Shown: positions 58,416 to 64,000 of the stretch, in pieces
Layout of the letters: each line of letters opens with the position of its first letter
Position numbering within the stretch: position 1 is the first letter of the stretch
NCBI GenBank assembly: GCA_937989945.1
Contig: CALKIG010000047.1
Location: forward strand, 14,637-78,636
Direction of reading: 5' to 3'
DNA length: 64,000 bases
Source of the DNA: an uncultured Actinomycetes bacterium
GTDB lineage: Bacteria; Actinomycetota; Acidimicrobiia; Spongiisociales; ZC4RG35
Notes under the pieces: generated by a model
The model's input: the letters and a program-made list of their open reading frames with translations, nothing else
What the model was told of the DNA's origin: nothing
Databases searched by the model: none
Position numbers and translations under genes: made by a program

Positions 58416-58721
58416 ATGGCCGATAAGACCAAACTGATGGTTTGGATCGATCAGGATCTGTGTACAGGCGACGGGATCTGTGAGGAGATCACGCCAGACG
58501 TGTTCGTGGGCAGGGACGACGGCCTCTGGGTTGTCAAAGAGGACGCGAAGCACTTTGGCGAGAACATCGTCTTTGACGGTGAGGAGGCGCCCGACGGCGC
58601 CGAAGGGATGGCCCGTGTCCCCGAGCCACTGACCGAAGACATGATCGAGTCCGCCGAGGAGTGCCCTGGCGAGTGCATAATGATCGAGCCCTTCAATGAG
58701 GAGGCCGTCCATGCCGCGTGA
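58416..58721 (+). CDS. Single-cluster ferredoxin ([3Fe-4S]/[4Fe-4S] type).
   Basis: Actinobacterial ferredoxin pattern CTGDGICEEITP...ECPGEC. Confidence 0.7.
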   Translation: MADKTKLMVWIDQDLCTGDGICEEITPDVFVGRDDGLWVVKEDAKHFGENIVFDGEEAPDGAEGMARVPEPLTEDMIESAEECPGECIMIEPFNEEAVHAA

Positions 58722-59031
58722 CAGGGAGAACTTGAGACCAATCGAATCGGTCATCCTGCGCATGCGCGAACAGGGTCTGCGGTCGGTCGAGATCGGAAAG
58801 CGGATCGGCAAGAAGCCGGGGACCGTCGACCGGATCATCGAGATGATCGACTACAAGGAGGGCATCGATTCAACGCCCTCAGACCGCTCCGGGCCAACAC
58901 CCCTGGAGCGCACCATTGCCCGACTCCGAGATCAGGGAGAGAGCTACGGCGTCATCGGGAACCGTCTCGGGCGGAGTGGAAGAAACATCCGCCGCATCGA
59001 GAACATGGCGAACATGCGTTCCGAGGCCTGA
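58711..59031 (+). CDS. Small protein made of two tandem sigma-70 region-4/LuxR-like helix-turn-helix repeats.
   Basis: Internal duplication (ESVILRMREQGLRSVEIGKRIGKKPGTVDRIIEM and ERTIARLRDQGESYGVIGNRLGRSGRNIRRIENM). Its start overlaps the ferredoxin 3' end by 11 nt. Confidence 0.45.
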   Translation: MPRDRENLRPIESVILRMREQGLRSVEIGKRIGKKPGTVDRIIEMIDYKEGIDSTPSDRSGPTPLERTIARLRDQGESYGVIGNRLGRSGRNIRRIENMANMRSEA

Positions 59032-59051
59032 GCTCAAAGCAGGGAGCAGCC

Positions 59052-59507
59052 TCAGTCCGCGGGCGCGACATTCTCGCTCCGCAGATCGACCGCCATGTTG
59101 GTGGCAGTCATCGTCGCCACCAGCTTTCCATTCACGTCATACAGGCGGCCCTCCGAGACGACGATCACACGTCCCGGCTTGACCACTTTGGCGACGATCC
59201 TGAAAGGGCCGTTCTGAGCCGGGCGCAGCAAGTTGATCTTGTTTTCAACGGTTAGAACTGATGCGTCCATGGGCATGAGGGTGTAGGCAGAGAAGCCACA
59301 CGCCGTGTCGAGCGCAGTACCAAGGACGCCTGCGTGCAGGTAACCATTCTGCTGGGTCAGATCCTCACGAAAGGGGAGCTGTAGCTGGACTTCGCCTGGG
59401 TCAACCGATTCGAGGGTGATGCCCATGGTCTTCATCACTCGCTGATCGGCAAAACCTTTGATCACTCGCTCCCGGAATTTCGGGTTGGGGGTGTCGAATT
59501 CGATCAA
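59052..59507 (-). CDS. PaaI/4HBT-family hotdog-fold thioesterase.
   Basis: Hotdog-fold motif NGYLHAGVLGTALDTACG, 151 aa. Confidence 0.7.
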   Translation of the reverse strand: MIEFDTPNPKFRERVIKGFADQRVMKTMGITLESVDPGEVQLQLPFREDLTQQNGYLHAGVLGTALDTACGFSAYTLMPMDASVLTVENKINLLRPAQNGPFRIVAKVVKPGRVIVVSEGRLYDVNGKLVATMTATNMAVDLRSENVAPAD

Positions 59508-59701
59508 AGATGCCCCCTCCTCTTCAGAATTAGCTCGAGTTCCGCCAGGCGGGCGTTTTCGCTCGAGGTGCGGTCAGCCACTGAGGGGTAGTCGGCGGCA
59601 CCAGTCTCCTTCTTGCGTCGGAGCCTCTTCAACTCAGCTATCAGCTCGGACGAAGGGCGCTTCTCGTCGGGCAACGTGTTCGAGGGTTCTGTCATGGCCA
59701 T
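59504..59701 (-). CDS. Hypothetical small charged protein of about 65 aa.
   Basis: Its stop overlaps the start of the thioesterase by 4 nt. The sequence has a charged, coiled-coil-like character and its start is uncertain. Confidence 0.3.
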   Translation of the reverse strand: MAMTEPSNTLPDEKRPSSELIAELKRLRRKKETGAADYPSVADRTSSENARLAELELILKRRGHL

Positions 59702-59733
59702 TTCACCGCCCAGGCAAGTATTACCGTGGCGCC

Positions 59734-60645
59734 GTGAGCCGTGTTCCCTCCAAGGTACTAGTAACCGAGTCCTCATCCAGAGATGGGTTGCAGAGCCTGG
59801 GGGCGTTCGTGCCGACGGCGGCGAAGGTTGGTCTCATCGAGAACCTGGCCAGCGCGGGGATCAGGACCTTCGACGCGGTGTCTTTCGTCAACCCCAAGGC
59901 GGTCCCACAGATGGCCGACGGCGCAGAAGTCATCGCCGGCATCACGAATCGAGGTGATCTGGAGCTTGGGGGCCTCGTCCCGAATATGAAAGGCTTTGAA
60001 GCGGCTCTGGCTGCCGGCGTCGACACAATCGGGCTGTTGACGGCTGCATCAGACGAGTTCAACGAGCGAAACATAAATGCAACGGTGGACGAGGCCATGC
60101 ATCGAATCCGGCGCATCCTCCTCGAGATCCCTCGCGGCGTGTCGACCCGCTCCTACATCTCGACGGCCACTCACTGCCCATTCGAAGGTGAACAGGATCC
60201 TGATTGGGTCGCTCATCTCGCCGAGACGCTCATCGAGTGGGGCTCCGACACGGTGTATCTGGGCGAGACGATCGGGAAGGCAACCCCATTCCACATCGAG
60301 GCTCTGCTCGACCACGTCCTCGAGGTCGTGCCCGCCGATCGGGTCGGCATTCACCTCCATGACACTTATGGCCAGGCACTTGCCAACACGACTGTGGCAC
60401 TGGAACGCGGCGTGGCAAGGATGGACAGTTCGGCTGGGGGGCTTGGAGGCTGTCCGTATGCCCCCGGAGCGACAGGCAACATCGCCACCGAGGACCTCGT
60501 GTACATGCTCGATGGGATGGGCATCGAGACCGGGATCGACCTCGGCGGCGTCGCCAACGTTGCGAACGATTTCTGCTCGGCTCACAATCTCAGTTACAAC
60601 AGTCGTGCCGGCAGAGCGTGGCTGGCGTCACAGGACAGAGAATGA
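59734..60645 (+). CDS. Hydroxymethylglutaryl-CoA lyase (HMGL-like TIM-barrel).
   Basis: ESSSRDGLQS and DTxG... family motifs, HLHDTYG and GLGGCPYA. A GTG start at 59734 is proposed; the ORF-track start 59458 overlaps the thioesterase region. Confidence 0.8.
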   Translation: MSRVPSKVLVTESSSRDGLQSLGAFVPTAAKVGLIENLASAGIRTFDAVSFVNPKAVPQMADGAEVIAGITNRGDLELGGLVPNMKGFEAALAAGVDTIGLLTAASDEFNERNINATVDEAMHRIRRILLEIPRGVSTRSYISTATHCPFEGEQDPDWVAHLAETLIEWGSDTVYLGETIGKATPFHIEALLDHVLEVVPADRVGIHLHDTYGQALANTTVALERGVARMDSSAGGLGGCPYAPGATGNIATEDLVYMLDGMGIETGIDLGGVANVANDFCSAHNLSYNSRAGRAWLASQDRE

Positions 60646-61784
60646 GCTCGATCTACATCAACGAGGATCTGGAAGCGATCCGTCTCGGCGTGCGAGAGTA
60701 CGTCGAGAAGGAGATCGTGCCACGAGCAGATCAATGGGAGGCGGATCGTGCCGTGCCCCCCGAAATCCTCGACCAGATGGGCAAGCTCGGCTTCTTTGGC
60801 TTGAGGATCCCCGAGGAGTACGGGGGGCTTGGGTTGGGGACAATCGCATCGGTCGTATTCGGTGAGGAGCTCGGTCGTTCCACATATGGCGGATTCAGCA
60901 TCACCGTCCTGGTCCACACCGATCTCGCCAGCCCCTACGTGACCAACTTCGGCACCGAGGCGCAGAAGGAGAAATACCTCCCCAAATTCGCGACCGGAGA
61001 GTTGATCACGGCCATCGGTGTGACCGAGCCGGATGCCGGTTCGGATGTGGCCGCGATGCGGACGACGGCGCGACGCGACGGCGATGGGTTCCGCATCAAC
61101 GGCACCAAGATGTTCATAACGAACGGGGGGATCGCCGACGTGGTGTTCGTGGCGGCCAAGACCAATCCCGACGTGAAGGGGTCGCGCGGAATCTCCATCT
61201 TTGCGGTCGAGCAGGGAACCGATGGATTCAAGACGAGCCGGTCGCTCGAGAAGATGGGATGGCACTCGTCGAACACCGCAGAGCTCGTTCTCGACGATGT
61301 CTGGGTTCCAGAGGACGCCCTGATCGGCGAGGAGAACCGCGGCTTCTACTACATCATGGAGAACTTTCAGAATGAACGGCTCGCCATCATCGGTCAGGGA
61401 ATCGGCGAGGCGCAGCGAGCGATCGAGCTCACGGTCGACTACGTGAAAGAGCGGAAGGCCTTTGGTGCGTCTCTTTGGAGCAAGCAAGCCATCCGGCAGC
61501 GGCTCGCGATGCGCCAGGCCGAGCTCGACGCCGCCAGGGAGTTGGCCTACGGAGCTGCCTGGCTCACCGACCAGGGCGAGGACACCGTGCGTCAGGTATC
61601 AGAGGTCAAGGCCTTCGCCGCAGAGACGACGAACCGCACGATCTACGATTGCGTGCAGTTCCACGGGGGGATGGGGTTCATCGCCGAGACCGCCGTCGAG
61701 CGGCTCTACCGGGACATGCGGATTCACTCGATCGGAGGGGGGGCGACGGAGGTCATGCTCGAAGAGGTCGCCAAGCGAATGTGA
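60642..61784 (+). CDS. Acyl-CoA dehydrogenase (isovaleryl-CoA dehydrogenase-like).
   Basis: ACAD N-terminal, middle and C-terminal domains with a catalytic-Glu region. Its start overlaps the HMGL stop (ATGA). Confidence 0.85.
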   Translation: MSSIYINEDLEAIRLGVREYVEKEIVPRADQWEADRAVPPEILDQMGKLGFFGLRIPEEYGGLGLGTIASVVFGEELGRSTYGGFSITVLVHTDLASPYVTNFGTEAQKEKYLPKFATGELITAIGVTEPDAGSDVAAMRTTARRDGDGFRINGTKMFITNGGIADVVFVAAKTNPDVKGSRGISIFAVEQGTDGFKTSRSLEKMGWHSSNTAELVLDDVWVPEDALIGEENRGFYYIMENFQNERLAIIGQGIGEAQRAIELTVDYVKERKAFGASLWSKQAIRQRLAMRQAELDAARELAYGAAWLTDQGEDTVRQVSEVKAFAAETTNRTIYDCVQFHGGMGFIAETAVERLYRDMRIHSIGGGATEVMLEEVAKRM

Positions 61785-62141
61785 TCAGGAGGCTCGCCGG
61801 TCGGCGGCTTCTATCTCTGCAGGCTCGAGCGGGTGCCAACCCATTTCCAGTGCCGACCACAGCGTCTTCGACTGCGGGTACAGCAAAACCGGGACTGTGC
61901 CATTGACGACCACCAGAAAGACGAGCAGCCCGACCCAGGGCACATCGGGCCACGTGACGAGCAGTCCCGCTCCGAAGGAGACGAGGAACGTTGCGAACAC
62001 GATGGTCGTGTTGATGATCATCGCGCCGACCCAATAGCCGGGCTCCCGCTCGAATCTGAGCCCGCATCTGGAGCAGTCCTCTTTCATCGTGAAGTAAGTC
62101 TCGAAAGCGGGCTCGCCGCATCGGGGACAGCGACGGCTCAT
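61785..62141 (-). CDS. DUF983-like small membrane protein with an N-terminal zinc-ribbon.
   Basis: CPRCGEP...CSRCG followed by two TM helices. Only this C-terminal part of the long ORF-track entry (61785..62792) is credible, because the rest lies antisense to pdxH. Confidence 0.5.
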   Translation of the reverse strand: MSRRCPRCGEPAFETYFTMKEDCSRCGLRFEREPGYWVGAMIINTTIVFATFLVSFGAGLLVTWPDVPWVGLLVFLVVVNGTVPVLLYPQSKTLWSALEMGWHPLEPAEIEAADRRAS

Positions 62142-62210
62142 GGCACGGGCGATCCTCGTCGCCGCAGGTGCCGATGGGTCCGATTTCATTCCGCCAGTAT
62201 CGTGGCCGAC

Positions 62211-62852
62211 ATGAATCAAGAGGAAAGCAGCCGGCTGCGCAGGGAGTACGAGCTGGCCGGTCTTGGCGTCGAGGACCTGGCCGCCACGCCGATGGCTCAG
62301 TTCGAAGTGTGGTTCGCAGGCGCACTTGCTGCTGACCTCTACGAGGCGAATGCATTCGTTCTGTCCACCACCGGCAGGGAGGGTTTTCCCTCGGCTCGTG
62401 CTGTGCTCCTCAAAGAGACCACGGAGAGGTCCCTCATCTTCTATACCAACCTCGAGAGCCGGAAGAGTCAGGAGATCAAGGAAAACCCACATGTCGCCGC
62501 GACCTTCATGTGGCTGCCTCTTCATCGGCAGGTCCGCTTCGAAGGCGAGGCGAGACTCGTTGCTGACGAAGTCGCCGACGCCTACTTCGAGACGAGGCCG
62601 CGTGGAGCGAAGATCGCCGCCCATTCGTCGCGACAGAGTCGACCGGCCGCAAATCGTGAAGAGCTCGAGAGTGTCTTCGCCGAGCGGGATGCGAGTTTCG
62701 GGGATGAGATCCCACGGCCGGAGTGGTGGGGTGGATGGGAGATCTTTCCCCACACCGCCGAGTTCTGGCAAGGGAGATTCAATCGCTTCCATGACCGGCT
62801 GCGATACGTGCAGAAAGGTGACGACTGGATCGTTGAGAGGCTCCAGCCATGA
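62211..62852 (+). CDS. pdxH: Pyridoxamine 5'-phosphate oxidase.
   Basis: PNPOx motifs (RAVLLKE...FYTN..SRK..E; the C-terminal WGGW..P..EFWQGR..R.HDRL.Y). The start is at 62211. Confidence 0.85.
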   Translation: MNQEESSRLRREYELAGLGVEDLAATPMAQFEVWFAGALAADLYEANAFVLSTTGREGFPSARAVLLKETTERSLIFYTNLESRKSQEIKENPHVAATFMWLPLHRQVRFEGEARLVADEVADAYFETRPRGAKIAAHSSRQSRPAANREELESVFAERDASFGDEIPRPEWWGGWEIFPHTAEFWQGRFNRFHDRLRYVQKGDDWIVERLQP

Positions 62853-63589
62853 AGGTGCGCGTCATTGGGTCGTCTGGCACGTTCCCGACCCCCACCAATC
62901 CCGGCTCCGGCTACCTCATAGAGAGTGGCGGCACGCGAGTCTGGTGCGACGCCGGACCCGGCACCTTCACCTCTATGCCGGTGGACGGCGATCTCGTCGA
63001 TGCGGTGTTCATCTCCCACCGCCATCCCGACCACTGCACTGATCTGTTCACTGCCTACCACGCATGGACCTTTCGACCTGAGCCGAGGTCGCAGGTGCCG
63101 CTCTACGCCAGTAACGATGTGCTCGATCATCTCGCTGCGTTCACAAGTAAGAGACGACAGGATGCTTTCGGCGATACGTTCGAGCTCCACCCGGTAGAAG
63201 GAGGAGACACGGCTCAGATTGGCGATCTGGGGGTCTCCTTCGTCGAGATGAGCCACTCTGTCCCTGCTCTTGGGACCAGGTGGGAGTCGAATGGGCGCAC
63301 ACTCTTCTTCACAGGCGACACCGGACCAGGGGATTGGTCTGAGACGCTCGGTGGCGTCGATGTCCTGCTGAGCGAGGCCGCGCTCCCCGAGCCCCGGGCC
63401 GCCAACGAGTCGATCAAACATCTCACCCCGTCGGAAGCCGGTCAGATCGCACGAAATGCGGGTGTGGGCTCGCTCGTATTGACCCACATACCCCCATATA
63501 TCGACGCCGAGGCCTCAGTCGCTGCTGCGGAATCGGTGTTCGACCGCCCCGTCCGCCTGGCTGCTCCAGGAGCAGAGTTGAAGGTCTGA
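62849..63589 (+). CDS. MBL-fold metallo-hydrolase (Rv1339-like).
   Basis: HxHxDH motif (HRHPDHCTD). It lies immediately upstream of rph, as in mycobacteria. Confidence 0.7.
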   Translation: MKVRVIGSSGTFPTPTNPGSGYLIESGGTRVWCDAGPGTFTSMPVDGDLVDAVFISHRHPDHCTDLFTAYHAWTFRPEPRSQVPLYASNDVLDHLAAFTSKRRQDAFGDTFELHPVEGGDTAQIGDLGVSFVEMSHSVPALGTRWESNGRTLFFTGDTGPGDWSETLGGVDVLLSEAALPEPRAANESIKHLTPSEAGQIARNAGVGSLVLTHIPPYIDAEASVAAAESVFDRPVRLAAPGAELKV

Positions 63590-63654
63590 GCTTGGGCTCA
63601 TTGCCGATCTGGACCCGGAATCTGCGTCCCTGGCAGGCGTTACCGTAGATCGAT

Positions 63655-64000
63655 ATGACCGATCGACCTCCCAATCAGACCCGCCCCGTGCGTCTCGAAG
63701 TCGGATACACCGACGCAACGCCGGGATCTGTCCTCATCTCGATGGGTGAGACTCGTGTGCTCTGCACAGCGTCCGTAGAGAGCGAGGTGCCTCGTTGGAT
63801 GAAGGACAGCGGCAAGGGGTGGGTGACAGCCGAGTACGGGATGCTGCCCGGCTCGTCTCCGCAAAGAGTGCGTCGCGACCATGTCTCTGGTGGTCGGGCC
63901 AAGGAGATCTCCCGCCTCATCGGAAGGTCGCTCCGCGCCGCCGTCAACCTCTCGAAGATGCCCGACATCATGATCCGCGTCGACTGCGACGTGATACAGG
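63655..64000 (+). CDS. rph: Ribonuclease PH, 3' partial (runs off the window).
   Basis: N-terminal RNase PH motifs (RPVRLEVGYT...GSVLISMGETRVLCTASVE...GWVTAEYGMLP). There is no stop before the window end. Confidence 0.8.
   Translation, partial: MTDRPPNQTRPVRLEVGYTDATPGSVLISMGETRVLCTASVESEVPRWMKDSGKGWVTAEYGMLPGSSPQRVRRDHVSGGRAKEISRLIGRSLRAAVNLSKMPDIMIRVDCDVIQ

Noticed and set aside
56920-59060. Possible genomic island inserted at the tmRNA 3' end.
   Set aside because: I found no integrase gene and no direct repeat of the ssrA 3' terminus (CGACTCCCCGCACCTCCACCA) downstream. I treat the region as ordinary, possibly variable, chromosome unless a compositional analysis shows otherwise.

Overview
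The window is a 64 kb chromosomal segment of a high-GC (about 63-65%) organism that resembles an actinobacterium. Coding density is high on both strands. Many starts overlap the previous gene's stop (ATGA or TGATG), which indicates long operons. I see no CRISPR arrays, rRNA, tRNA, IS elements or integrases. The order of core genes matches a conserved actinobacterial arrangement known from Mycobacterium and Streptomyces: cofE/cofD (fbiB/fbiA)-DUF3499-manB-PMI-ahcY-comF-like-secA-prfB-ftsE-ftsX-smpB-ssrA(tmRNA), and at the far end an MBL-fold hydrolase followed by rph.

Main content, from left to right:
(1) 14-3427: two adjacent secreted proteins that share a 48-aa tandem beta-propeller repeat. 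One is fused to a PD40/TolB-like region and the other to a SpoIID/LytB domain.
(2) 3.4-20.3 kb: a large cell-surface glycopolymer locus. It has three GT4 glycosyltransferases, a Wzm/Wzt-type ABC exporter, a WecB-family 2-epimerase and a translationally coupled WbpD-WbpE-WbpB-WbpA-like operon. That operon predicts a UDP-2,3-diacetamido-2,3-dideoxy-hexuronic acid. The locus also has further GT4 and GT2 genes, a membrane protein, pepA, a polyprenyl glycosyl-phosphotransferase and a Wzx-like membrane protein.
(3) ponA (class A PBP), a methylmalonyl-CoA-mutase catalytic-domain gene without its B12 domain, and an LpdA-like flavoprotein that lacks the redox disulfide.
(4) Two convergent secreted Ser/Thr-rich proteins that share a perfect hairpin terminator.
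(5) accA-pccB carboxylase genes with a divergent birA, a dienelactone hydrolase, an LCP ligase gene and ugd.
(6) A conserved but uncharacterised envelope module. It comprises a GT2 fused to a polytopic membrane domain, a DUF5719-like protein, a TM CxxC thioredoxin-like protein, DUF3499, two small Cys-rich proteins, a 776-aa polytopic membrane protein and a convergent polyprenol-phosphate-mannose synthase-like GT2. These sit next to manB/PMI.
(7) An intact tmRNA. An APH-family kinase overlapping a shikimate-kinase-like P-loop kinase follows immediately, then a ferredoxin overlapping a tandem-HTH protein.
(8) HMG-CoA lyase and an acyl-CoA dehydrogenase (leucine-type catabolism), a DUF983 protein, pdxH, an MBL-fold hydrolase and a 3' partial rph.

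The best candidates for something new are the mannosylation-like envelope module (6), the repeat-sharing SpoIID/propeller pair (1) and the kinase pair next to the tmRNA (7).
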